A stretch of 56,089 bases of DNA, filler included, from Dugesia japonica (taxonomy: Eukaryota), in assembly GCA_001938525.1 (NCBI GenBank). It is 5 parts of 5 records of this genome, joined end to end, with 100 filler letters (N's around TTAATTAATTAA, not from the genome) between each part and the next. Parts side by side here need not be neighbours in the genome. Positions count along the whole stretch, not along the records: positions 23,141 to 37,042 come from MQRL01648069.1; positions 37,143 to 46,929 come from MQRL01647303.1; 3 more parts are not named here. One strand, 5' to 3'. Of this stretch, positions 26,024 through 38,089 are shown in pieces. How positions within the stretch are numbered: position 1 is the first letter of the stretch; each line of letters opens with the position of its first letter. A program made the translations under genes and the position numbers. The notes beneath the pieces are model-generated. The model did not search any database, was not told the DNA's origin, and saw only the letters and a program-made list of their open reading frames with translations.

Positions 26024-26940
26024 GATTCGGCAAATATTTGAAGTAGATGCTTACGTGAAAATCAAATAATGATGATACAAAGATTACTATAAAAGAGATC
26101 TGAAATCTACAACTAAAACCAACCATTAAAATTAACTCAATTAAAATTGTTAGCGCTGTGAACACTGTTACATTGTTAATAATTTACTACAGATATATCA
26201 TTTTAAAGGCAAAGATGGAAAAGGAATTTTTGATTGTTTATTTTAATATTATCATCCATGATGTGAACGGAAGACTGATACGGTGATCGTCATTTTCTGG
26301 CAAAGCTAGCAATGATGATCATTGGAACTCAGAGATCCGAGGATACTAAATTATCTACTCTGGCAAAATCAAGTTTATGAGAGAACTTTTTTATGATTAT
26401 GAGAGAAATTCTTGATGAGAGAAAATGTTTGGGATTATGAGAGGAATTATGTTATTGGAATGTCGATGATCATGAAAGATGAATAGTAATGGTTGATAAT
26501 AAATGGCTAAGGTTAGAAGAGATGAGTTGTAAAGGACAATGATAAATATGAGACGACTATTAAAGTGAATGATGGTTAGATGAGATGGAAGTGGAGTGTG
26601 AAAGTGATGATAATAAAAGTGGATAATGAGAGATGAGGTTTAAAGTTGAGATGAGATAGATACGAATTGCGTTGTTGAGTTATAGAAATAAATATGTCTC
26701 TATATACCGATAGGCGGTGGTTGAATTATTCTATTACTGTTTAATAAATTACTTACTGTATTGCAGAATTGTAGTTGTAATTGTAGTGAAAATATTTCAT
26801 TGATGTCTGATATATTTGAGTCATTTTATTCATGGTTTTATTTTAGATTATTATTATTATTATTATTAATATCATAAATGAATTTTAGTTTATTACTTTA
26901 TATAATAAAATTGATATTACTTTAATTAGAAATTTATCAG

Positions 26941-27714
26941 GATAGTGCAGGAGGACCATTCTTTATGAGGAAGGAGGTAGATGTTCCAGAATTGGTCTTT
27001 AATGACCCCGATTATTATCGATTAAATGAAAATAAGTATCAAATTATGAATGTATCTATTGATACCCAATTATGAAGCACTTAAAATATATGAAGAAGTT
27101 CTAACTCCTTCTGCCCATGACGAATGATCGTTGGTCTCCCGGAATTTAGTAATTTAGATAATTTAATTTAAAAACTCGATGATCTGTTTTGACATTATCT
27201 GATTATTATTTTGGTTAAATATATGTATTGAATTTAATGTATCTTAAAACAAGAAATACGATTTTGTCTAGATGGCACAGAATATCGCATTAGAAGGGGC
27301 CAAGCAATCGATTACAGTGGATGGATGGAGTTTCAGCACGCCTAAGTCTAATAACATGCCTGTATTATGGGACTCACTGGGAGTCACAGGCACTGACATG
27401 GGTCCCTGGTGGATTATTCAGGATTGATTGAGAGAAAAGCAAAGTGAGATTTAACAATTACGAGCAGAGGCCAAACAACAAATTCATCAGCATATGGAAC
27501 ATCTCCAACAAATAGAGGCTCTGCAGGTTTGTGTGGATAATCAGGAGCAGGTTTATCAGCAAAGATTGGACGAGATAAACCGATGGCAGCGGCCGGCATC
27601 ATCAAGGCATATGCCGACAGAGAGGGAGTGTTGATTTCTACTGTAATGACGCTAGTGCAAGTTTCCAAACCGGAGAAAGAGATCTCAAAAAGGATCAGTC
27701 AAAGAAGTCATTGA
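26941..27714 (+). pseudogene. Decayed, possibly spliced ORF with coiled-coil segment inside the TG...CA element
   Basis: After ttatcAG: DSAGGPFFMRKEVDVPELVFNDPDYYRL...; after ttgtctAG: MAQNIALEG...PWWIIQD*LREKQSEI*QLRAEAKQQIHQHMEHLQQIEALQVCVDNQEQVYQQRLDEI; locally GC-rich; stops at 27425 and 27452. Confidence 0.5.
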
Positions 27715-28077
27715 TTTAGATGGATGATAAACATTGGACAAGTAATATTGCTTGATATGAAAAAAATGTTGTACAAATGTATTTGTGGAATCTCCGATTA
27801 TCATTTAAACTAATGATGAATAATATTGTTTAATTTCTAAATTAGAGCCGGATAGAAATTGAAACCTAAGTCGGAATACAGCATAGTCCCGCTGAATCAT
27901 GTAAAATAGGGATTGTGTTACTAGAGAGAGTAACTCAAATTTCTGTGGTTGCTAAGTATCATCCCCCAGACGTAAATGATATCTATGAGAAAGAAAATTG
28001 GTGATCGAGAGAATGGTAATAAAACTCAAAAGATCGAGTATAAATCAACATAATAAGGCCTAGCAACCCAACATATT

Positions 28078-29010
28078 GGTAAGAAAATAATGCCATTTCT
28101 TTAATCTTTCACTTTAAACTCAATTCCAAATAATATTTATTTATTAAAATAAATAATAATATTTTAAAACTTTTTTTAAAATTTATTTAAATATTAATTG
28201 ATAAGCCTCTTTTTGCGTTCATCTTCTTTTGACGAATTAAAAAACAGAAACATTTAAATGTCATGCCATTTATTTGTACGAGTTGAAACTGGGCCATGGA
28301 GCTATAACACTTTTCGTAAAGCCAACGGCATATTTTTTCAGAGTTCCGAAAATAAGCTTGTTATACAAAGATGTTTTAAAACAAACACCTACGAAGATGA
28401 AAGCCTAACAACTAAAGAAGGTCATGAACAATTATAAATTGAGTCATATGATTAAGGCAGATACAAGCACAACAATTTGAGAACTTGTTACAACTTAAAC
28501 GTAAGTCATCCAACAGTTCTGGACCATCTAAAACTACTGAGCAATGAAAAAAACCTGAAAAATGTGTACCACATGATTAAAATGAGAAACAAAAAAATCG
28601 ACGTTTCAAAGAGTGATTTATTTATTTCAAAACGTACAATCGTTCAGCACAATTTTTGGAACGTGACCAAGATCCAAAACCATAATTTCACCAAAAAAGA
28701 TTATGCTCACCGTTTAGTGCTTTGTTAGAGACATTATTTATTATGAATTACTGACTCCTGGAGAGATAATTACAAAATATAAGTACTGATAAATCAATAA
28801 GATGCACCAAAAATACAAAAGTTTAGTCCTGCATTGATCAATAGAGTAGACCTTATTATTCTCCCTTTTACACGGTACACAAATAACGAAAAGATAGTTG
28901 CATGTGTTATCGTATGCAAATTTCCAGCGTTCAGTATACTCACTGGTTCTATCTTTTATCTATAACATAAAAATTATTAAAAACGAAATAATTTTCTTAT
29001 CAACNTAATA
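28078..29010 (+). mobile_element. mariner element, decayed; left TIR split by the 24436-28073 insertion
   Basis: YELKLGH, PKKIMLTV, DIIYYELLTPGE motifs; right TIR ...TTTTCTTATCAACNTAATA matches reconstructed left TATTATATTGGTAAGAAAA. Confidence 0.85.
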
Positions 29011-29527
29011 CAAGTGATTCATTTAGTAAATAAAAATGAAAATAATAATTTGAAAATATAATTTATATATTTTATTGTATCCAAAGAATACGGAAATTTC
29101 AAAATTTCGAGCAACGTGTGGTGTTGCATTTCCTTGTTGCAGACGAACTTGTCCACGGTTGAGTAAAGAAGGGTAGCGTTGGGACACAATTTCATATATT
29201 CTTTATAGTCGTTCAATAACGGTGACACAAGCCTTGAACTCGAATAAGGATCTCTTAAACCATCTCTACTAGAAGAAAACTTACTGTGGAAGTATGTAAA
29301 ATTCAATCTTTCTCTCTCTACAGGCCAATTGTCATGTTGATATGACACTTCAAAATAAGACTTTCATAGCGATCTTTGCGCAATGAGTAATGTATATTCT
29401 ACAATGAATCTTTACGAGTTGTTGTAAATTCAAGCAATCAAAGGCTTCAAATTTGTCAAATGCTATTGAATAATTCACTGGATGTACTGAATTTTGAAAG
29501 AATTGCTACAATGGACAAAAAGTGGGT

Positions 29528-30520
29528 AGTATTAAAAGTAGAGGGAAAGTAGCTTTCAATCGCCCCACAGAATCAGTGATGTAATGAAACTTAATCCTAA
29601 AGTTTGGAAATTAAAAATTCTGTCAGAGAAGTTGTTTTTCCATGTGTATTTAGTTGGGGAAATTATTTGCACACAAATGATGTCATGAGATTTTTTTAAT
29701 CAGTGAAATTGGATTNCTTAAGTATTAAGAGAGACTATTTTTTCTTATGTTTTTAGTTGGCAAAAGATTTTTAAATTACATAACTCTTAGTCGCTTTTTT
29801 AAAGGTTTGGCGAATCATTTTCAAATTTTAGGCTTTTTAGTTGGGAAAATCTTTGAGACTTTTTAGGTGGCAAAAATTTTTTCAAGCATTTGGGTTAGAA
29901 TTCCCTGTGTGAAGTCGAATGAGGTTGATTTTTAATTGGTACAGATGAATTTGGTAAATAATTTTCTTGGTGAGGTCGAATATGGTCAAATTTTGTCTAG
30001 TTTAGAATAATTTTTGGGTGATTCGGTCAAATACTACCTCGGGAATAAAAGAATTGAGTAATTTTGGTCGAATTTTGATTCGATGAGGTCAAATCAAGTC
30101 AAATATGGTCAGTTTGGGTAATTTTGGTCAATTATTTACTCGGCATTGGTAAACTTGGTTAATTATTTGCTTAGAAGGATAATTTTTAGGTGAAATTGGT
30201 CAATTATTTCTTCACAATGGTCAGTTCAAGATTAATTTGAGTGATAATTTCCTCGAGCTAGTCAGTTTAGGTTGAATTTTAGGGAAATTCATAGTAAAAG
30301 TCGAATTTGTTTAAATCTTCTAATGGGATCTGGAATATCCAAAAATTCGATAAGTTTTTTGAAAAAACATTTTAATTTTTTTGAATTCTAGATCACATAA
30401 TTTACGGAAATCAACGGAAACTATCAACAGTCTTGATGGAATTGAGCTACTACCACATCGATTCTGGGGCAAATGGTATGAGTTCAAAATGATATATAAA
30501 AAGTGGTATTGACGAAATAT
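29528..30520 (-). repeat. Dispersed repeat, inverted relative of 38700-40176 (terminus plus degenerate TTGGTCAA array)
   Basis: AGTATTAAAAGTAGAGGGA start vs reverse complement of 40160-40176; catgtgtatttagttggg.aaatt.tttgcacacaaat matches revcomp of 39976-40014. Confidence 0.85.
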
Positions 30521-32239
30521 TTATTTTTATTTCATTTTACGGTTTTAAAATATGAATTAGAACATTAAAAAATTTTTAGTTCAAAAAAAATTAATTTTAT
30601 AATTTTATGAAATATTCATGTAAAATTAGTTCAATTTTGAATGAAATTTAAAAAAGAAATTTATAAAAAATAAAATTTATTTAAAATAACATAAATTAAA
30701 TGTAAAAAACACAAAATAAAATTTTTAAAAATTTTCAAAAAAAAATTAAAAAAATTTAAAATTAAAAAGTCTAAGTACATATATTATATCTAAAATATCT
30801 AAAAGACTTTTCTGTATTAATTTAAAAAATTTTTGAAATTTTTTGAGTTGATTTAAAAATAAAAATTNAAATCCATAATTAAAATAGAAAAAATAAACCA
30901 ATAAAATTTCAATAAAATTTAAAGAATTGAGTAAAAAAGATCTATTGCATTGAATATATCAAGAAGCCAACAGGTTCCCGAAGAAGACTATTGTCAAAAA
31001 TTTGAACCTTTTTACAAATAAATTTTATTTTTGATTGAAGCTTTTTCTTCTTTTAATGAAATCTCAAATGCGATCAATGGTTAAGTCCAACAACTATTCT
31101 CACAATAATTGTAATTATAAAATAGAAAATTTATGCCATTTTAAATAATATTGTTTCTAGTGCTTTTTAAAGTTTAAATTAGTGTTGAAACATTTACTTA
31201 ACAAAACTGTCAAACCTTTTAAACATCGATTATAATAAAAATAAATGTTGGTACAGTGTTCTAGCAGCCACATCACACAAGATTTATGTTTATCACTCGT
31301 GCAATATCTCTTAAATATGTAAAATGATCACGGTTGTTTTAATCAAGTACTATACTGAGAAGGGCTTCATTTATAGGAACGTATATTTGCTTCATTTTTC
31401 GGGAATTTATTCCCTGTTACAGTTGTAAACAATGTAGTGGAGTGCTATGCTTTTCCTGTTGAGTTTTTCTGGCCAATTTAGTAACAGAAGAATGCGTCCA
31501 ACCAAGAACGTTATTGTNAGCAATATACCAACCTACGTGTGCATTGTTGCTGTGAGTAAGGTTATAAATAATTCAAAAATTTTGGTTCCAAAATTGAATC
31601 TCAAATCTTAGTAATTCTCTTAGTTATCTTTTTTTGTATTCTAACGACGTTTTTCTTTGTATAATTGCAGATAACTTCAATTTCTNTGTATACTGGATCT
31701 GCAGTGAGAATTTCAATGACATCTATTACGAAAATCTGGTTAATTAAATTCTTGGGCAAGACTCTTGACAAGAAGTGAGCTATCCGCCTCACCTTTGATA
31801 ACGTTCTAAAACCCTTTTGATTGAAGTTTCCTCCATTTTGTCCTCAAACCATTTTGTCGGCTACCACTTCATCTAATATACTTGTAAGAACTTGCGTCTT
31901 TTGACTTTCAACATGTTTAGATTATTAGCAAATTTTTTGAAAATAGATAAAATCTTCAGAATATTCTCTTAATGTTTTTTTTACTGCAAACTACTGTATT
32001 AGTAGAAAAGTGGGATTCAAAATATTTCCCAACGTTTGGTCTTTGTTTTCAAAAGTGATTGATACTTTTTTGCTTATCAAACTTTGTGCTAGGAAAATAA
32101 AATCTTAATTGAAATCTCTTTTAGCAAAAGCGCTCATTTTTTATGGGACACTCTAATAATAATACATGATTATCTGAAAGAATAATAAATCGATAAAAAC
32201 NAAAATTCAATAAGTGTCTAAGAACTTATTGAGTATCCT

Positions 32240-33341
32240 ATTAAGAGGATCCATTTTTACCGAAAACTGAATTCCAGAATTTTCGGATTGTTGTAATATG
32301 AAATTAGGAATTCCGAGATAATTCCGGAATTGACAAATAAAACGTCAAGAGCAAAATACTGGTTAACCAGCAAAAATTCTTTTCAAAGTAAAAAAATTAT
32401 TCTATTTTTGTATTAATAAAAGAAAACACAAACAAAACTATTCAATATTTAAAAAATAAAAATTTAGGTTTGCTTTTTGAATAAGCTTCTGAACATACAC
32501 AAATTATCAAATGTAGTATCATTAAGTCTTGACTTATTATTTTGAAAATGCTCCAGTGACGGAAAAGGCTCTCTCTGCTTCAACACTTGTTGAAAAAATA
32601 CACTTTTTTAAATATAAAATCTTTGATCGTTTTACATTTTCTAGCTAAATTGCCGGTATTTGCACCAGCAACACTCGTTTCATTAATTTTTCGTTTATTT
32701 AAAATATTGTTTTGTTTAGCTCGTAAATGGGTGTGCATGGTATCGTACATCCACCAAATATTTTTAAGTCCTGCTTACATTTTTTGTTCCTCGTAAAAAT
32801 AATTCCACACCGAATTTGATGTAATCTCTTTGGAGACGTCTATTAAAATTTCGTCTTCCTTATCCTCCATCCCTGGGATTAAAAATATGTACACAAGAAA
32901 TATATGAAATTTTGAAACTGATAAAACCTACCTATGCGCAATGCTTCCATGAAGAGTTGAACTTGAATAGCTAATTTAAATATTTATATTAATAAACTGA
33001 TAATGATTTACTGATTACTAAATATAATATTACACTTAAATACAACATACAACCAAACACAGGAAAAAAGCATTTATATTATGAATTCACAAAAATTTAA
33101 ATGTCAAAACGAATAAAATTATTTTTATATTTTTATTTCTTATGGCATATGGTTTGTACTTTAAAAAAAAATCGTTACAAAGGCTGAAATTTTGTGTAAT
33201 TTGCTAGAAAGCAAAAATAATTAAACCCGAATAATCCGGAATTCGATTTATTTCAATTCCGGAATTTCGAATTTAAAAATGCAAGGTAGAATTTCGGAAT
33301 TCCGAAATTAATGAAATCCAGATTTTGATTCCTAATCCTAT
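32240..33341 (-). mobile_element. Internally deleted hAT transposon (BED finger + dimerisation domain)
   Basis: Minus strand NSVWNYF...CK...MHTHLRAK (BED) joined to SVEAERAFSVTG...SRLNDTTFDNLCMFRS (hATC); ATTCCGGAAT subterminal repeats at both ends. Confidence 0.85.
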
Positions 33342-33458
33342 AATACTAATCGAAACTATAATAATAAAATTAAAATATGAATGAAAAATTAATATGAAAA
33401 ATTAAAAACTTAAAATCAAAAAAAGCAATTAATAATAAACATTTTCAAAAAAAGCTTT

Positions 33459-33829
33459 TTATTTTTTCATTTGATTTTTTGTGGTGTCAATTTGAGAATC
33501 GTCACGTTTTTTATTTCTAAAAAATCCGAATAATGAACGTTCAGATTTTTGAGAAGATTTTTCTTTTTCTATTTTATTTGACTCTTTAATATCGTTTTTA
33601 ATCGGTTGAGATTTTTTCAATTCAATTTTATTTTCTGATTTTTCTTTCAATATTTTTAATTCATTTTCTATTTCTTCTCTTTTTGATCTCTGAATAGTTT
33701 GAATATCTCTTCCACACAAATTTGACGAATTGCCTTCCATTAAAATCCATTGATGTGAAAGTATATCGATTACCGTTAATCTTTTCAAAGGTTTTGGATT
33801 TAATAAACCATCAATAAGTTCTTTGGCTT
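33459..33829 (-). CDS. CAMK-group Ser/Thr kinase, last exon (subdomain XI + charged tail)
   Basis: EAKELIDGLLNPKPLKRLTVIDILSHQWI...stop; 47-nt GT..AG intron 33830-33876. Confidence 0.88.
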
Positions 33830-33876
33830 CTTAAAATATAGTTGATGCATTTATGAAAACGTCAAATATTTTTTAC

Positions 33877-34044
33877 CTCGCATTATTCCATTCCATTGGT
33901 AGCCACAATAATCATATGTATTATTGACTATGTTGTGAAACAGTTGAGAACGATCACTGTTTCCTGTCATGAAAGGATGGTTAGTTGATAAAAGCATGTA
34001 TGTCAAAATTCCCAAGGACCACGTATCCACCTCGTGCTTATAAG
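33877..34044 (-). CDS. CAMK-group Ser/Thr kinase, penultimate exon (subdomains IX-X)
   Basis: YKHEVDTWSLGILTYMLLSTNHPFMTGNSDRSQLFHNIVNNTYDYCGYQWNGIMR, open frame, tgcAG acceptor and GT donor. Confidence 0.9.
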
Positions 34045-34100
34045 CTGCATGTAAAAGAAAATTAAATTTTTTTTATAATATTCAAATTAAAGGTTTTTAC

Positions 34101-34116
34101 CGATTTTCATAATCAA
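34101..34116 (-). CDS. 16-nt micro-exon of the same kinase (LIMKI-A)
   Basis: ttAG|TTGATTATGAAAATCG|GTaaaa; 56-nt intron; phase matches the next exon and supplies the 6 residues expected between APE and Y...VD.W. Confidence 0.7.
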
Positions 34117-34929
34117 CTAATTTTAATTTATAATTATCTTATACATAATAAATCATCTTTAATCTAGTATGTTGATTCAATCATTTCATCTAAATATATT
34201 TAAAAATGCCACAATATTATTGTTAGATGAGTTTGGAATACTCATCTGATCATTAATATCAAAACTCGATTCCATAACAAAATTTATTCAATCAAAACTA
34301 TACTAACACTATTTGTTTATTCAAACAAATTAAAATCCCGTGTTTTAATTAGTGACCATCTTTTAAAATTATTTAAATTTATTTTAGGTTATTTAAAAAT
34401 TTTCATTTATTTTGTTCAGTCAAAATATTTAATCACCAATCATAATCAGCAATCACACAAAAATTTTAACTCGCTTTTCAAAACACACTCACAATTATTG
34501 AGAAAGAAGATTACCATTATTTTATAAGATAAATCAAATATTTTAACTTCAACTAAAATTATAAATCATTCAAAGAATAACAGGGGAAATTGAGGGAGAT
34601 AATGAATAAAATGATTGTCTTATGTCATTATTAGAAAGGGTTAAGATTGTTATAGATTTGTAATTGCCATTTTCGGTAATCATTTAAAATTAATATCAAC
34701 CCATATCACATAATAATAATAATAATGATAATAATAATTAAAATAATAATAATAATATAATTTTGGGGATTAAAAATTAATTGGAATTTTAAGATTGTGT
34801 TTAAATATTATAATCATTTATTTGGGAGTAGGTTGAATTTGAATTTGAATTTAAAAAATAAATCTTGGGCAAAAAGTTTATTGTAGTTAAACCTTGTTAT
34901 TTATTTATTAAATATTTTTGCTAAAAGAA

Positions 34930-35810
34930 GATTATTCTTTACCAGAGGTATGTATGCCTTACAATAATAATATAATAATATGTGGATGATATATTTCTGA
35001 TTTTAAATAACCAAGTAGATATTGACCATTCCTAAACTATATGAATTCATTGCATAGCAACATTAAATTCACTACAGAAATGGAATGTAAATCTAAACTT
35101 TCTTTCCTTGATTTATTAATAGAAAGAAAGTCCAAACATTGTGAAACCGAGATTTATGACAAACCAACAGATACAGGCTTCTATACATCTCCTAGTAGTT
35201 TTTGGAAATCTCGTTATAAGTATAATTTGATTAAAGGATTGTTGTATAGATCGTGGACTCTTTCTTCTTATATTTGAAGTCTTGTGCTAATATTCAAAGT
35301 TTAACTTCTTTACTAAATAAAAATGGTTGGTGTAAATNAATTGTGGAGAAATTAAAACGTGAAACAATTGATAAAATAATTTATAAAAATAATAATGTAA
35401 TTAAAGATGTTGATAGTGATGATAATAATAATTTAAATTGTGAAAATATTATCAAATACCCAAGTAAGATAGATAAGTTTAGTTACGTATTAACTATTCC
35501 GTATTCATTTTAAAAATTTTAAAATGGGTTATTAAAATATAGAATTGACTCTTGGAATTTTAAAATTGTTTCGCAATCTAATAAAATCATAAATAAGTTA
35601 AGTAATAAATCTAAAACACCAATTCAATTGTGTTCTGATCTTGTTTATTAATAGGAATGTAATGGGTGTAATGTCATATACATTGGAGAGACTTCGCGTC
35701 ATCTTTGTACAAGAATTCAAGAACATCGTCGAGTTGATAGTGGAAGTAATATTGCTGAACATAACATTAATTTCAAGTCAGTTATCAGTATAAATAATTT
35801 TAAAATTTTG
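34930..35810 (+). mobile_element. Penelope-like element RT + GIY-YIG pseudogene
   Basis: YVDDIFLI, MNSLHSNIKFTTEME..KLSFLDLLI...IYDKPTDTG, DLVY..CNGCNVIYIGETSRHLCTRIQEH. Confidence 0.92.
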
Positions 35811-36049
35811 TGGTGATTAGGTCAATTGATCCAAAAATTAATTTTCAAACTGGTCTTTCTAGATCTTTATTAAATGTTTTTTTTAATTTGATTTATTGAA
35901 GAGATTGCATAATTGCTTTCATGGCGTTAAAATGAAAATTTCTTACCATTTTTGATAAATTTTTTAAATCAAATTACAAAAGTTGACTTGAATCTTTGTA
36001 TTATGAATATTATTGAAAATTCCGTGGAAAAATTTTGTTGGTAAATTTT

Positions 36050-36423
36050 TTAAACGAATCCGGATAATAAAATGGCGGTACTATTATTGCTGGCGAAATT
36101 AATTGATTGGTTAAGTGAAATAAAGATATTTTTCCAAGAAATTTACTATCGGGAAAAATATTTCTACTCATATAAAGGAATTCGAAAAATTCGTCGAAGA
36201 ATAAAACATGGTGGATCCAGCTCAACGTTCAGAAGAGCTATTGAAAAGTCTAGAAAAAGATGCGTGTTTCGTACTCCAATCAATTCAAGAATTTAAATAC
36301 AATTCAGGAAACTACGAATGGTTGAATGCCAAGTTAATTGAAGTATATCATGTTAAGTCAACTAAAGTAACTTCAATAAGAAATCCTATGTTTAAAATTT
36401 TTCAAAATTCTAAATCACATTAA
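36050..36423 (+). mobile_element. Possible LTR-retrotransposon gag N-terminal remnant
   Basis: Frameshifted ORF pieces LLKSLEKDA...NYEWLNAKLIEVY resembling a gag helical region; no diagnostic motif. Confidence 0.35.
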
Positions 36424-36689
36424 GTAAAATTATTTGAAAACTAATATTTTTTAAAAGATGGAAATAGTATACGTAAATGCGTAAATTCATCTCAACAGAT
36501 GCATTTTATTAGCATAAGGTAACGATGCCAACGACTTCAAACTGAGATTGAATAAAATTCGAAAAATGAATATATTTTAAAATTTTTTATTAAGAATAAA
36601 TTTATGAAATTAATAATAATTATTTTACAATTGCAATTATTGCGAGAATAATTGCTGGACATAAACATTGATCGTTTTTCAAAATTCAT

Positions 36690-37030
36690 TTAGAGTTGTT
36701 TTTTAATTTGTAATTCTTCATGTTTCTTCCTATGAAGTGTGGAAATATAGCCGGTTCCTAGTGTTTTCCATGTTATGTGATGTTGTTCTGGTGAAATATT
36801 CTGTTTGTGTTGAAAAAGTTTGAAGACTTCACTTTTTATTCGTTAGAGATGTTCTATAATTCTTGTTCGGATCGTTTTGCATGTTTCACTTATATATGTT
36901 TCTTTACAAATAGTGCATGTTATTTTATTAGCATCGACTATAGGTCTTACTTTCATTGTTGTTTTGTGATCTTTAGGAACACATTACATCGAGGATAGAA
37001 CTGGTTCATTACGTGCTTTAAATCTGAAAT
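36690..37030 (-). mobile_element. Penelope-like element with RT start fused by deletion to GIY-YIG
   Basis: Minus strand VPKDHKTTMKVRPIVDA-NKITCTICKETYISETCKTIRTRIIEH...HHITWKTLGTGY. Confidence 0.85.
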
Positions 37031-38089
37031 AAATAAAATTCGNNNNNNNNNNNNNNNNNNNNNNNNNNNNNNNNNNNNNNNNNNNNTTAATTAATTAANN
37101 NNNNNNNNNNNNNNNNNNNNNNNNNNNNNNNNNNNNNNNNNNACATATCAATAAAAAACAATGACCCAAAATATAAATTTAAATAAAAATAAAAATCTAA
37201 GCAAATAATGAAAGAAAATTTCATAAAATACTGCGAAATAAAAATGAAAAATCCTAAATATTTATCAGTTTTCTTAATAAAATCTTCAGTTAAATAATTA
37301 TTTTAAAATGTATTTATTAATTTTCACTTTATTTAACAGTTTCTATTTTTAATATCGCCATCAAAATATTAAATTTTTAAAAATCCTTAAAAGATTGTTT
37401 CATCAATATCCGATCTCTAATTAGTAAATTGAAATATTTTCTGTTAATTGATTTTAATTTATCTTTATAGTTTTCAATGAATTAAAAACACATTTAGACA
37501 ATGACAGATATTTGAAGAATCAATTTTTTAAATTAAATTCAAATGCATGTTTAATGCAAATGAGAGTTTATTAAATATAGATAAATCCTATATTTACCAT
37601 TACCAAACCTACATTTTCATAACAAAACCTCGGTTTTTGATGAAATCATAAATTTATCTATTGAAACTAATATTTTCAATAAATAGTTACAAATAATTTC
37701 ATTAATTCAATCTTAATAAAAATTCATATTATAAATTAAATTTTAATTAGATTTTTACGATAAAAAATAGAACAATTTATTAAAACTACACGGTATATTT
37801 TAATTTCAAATTACAAGTAAAAATAAAGAACAGGATAAATAATTAAATACTAATTAAACAGTAAATTTACCACTAGTGAAGAGTAACGACCTGCAAAGAG
37901 TGAGAAAATCATGGATAACTAAAAATCAGTATACTGTAAGCAGAGAACTTATAACTGAAATATTGTGTACAGAGTGCAGAGTTCTGAGGTTTGAGCACTT
38001 GTACACAGAGTTCTGATAACTGAGGACAGGTGAAGAATAAAATTTCATCTAAAAACTACCAAAAATTGACTTACCGAATAAATTATCAT

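Larger units (their letters stand above)
24436..28073 (-). mobile_element. ~3.6-kb TG...CA element with 4-bp TSD (probable giant solo LTR)
   Basis: Starts TGTTGGG (24436), ends CCCAACA (28073); TATT on both flanks (24432-24435, 28074-28077); excising it restores a mariner TIR; both ends weakly resemble the reverse complement of the LTR at 9193-9578. Contains an N gap. Confidence 0.7.

Noticed and set aside
27414-27668. Minus-strand 84-aa ORF from the track
   Set aside because: Probably the antisense shadow of the plus-strand coiled-coil frame.
18083-34116. CaMKII 5' exons and kinase 3' exons as one gene
   Set aside because: Opposite strands, different assembly pieces, and the 3' part lacks the CaMKII regulatory and hub sequences.
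34930-34955. CCAGAG|GTATGT as the kinase PE exon donor
   Set aside because: Wrong strand for the kinase and lies within Penelope RT sequence.
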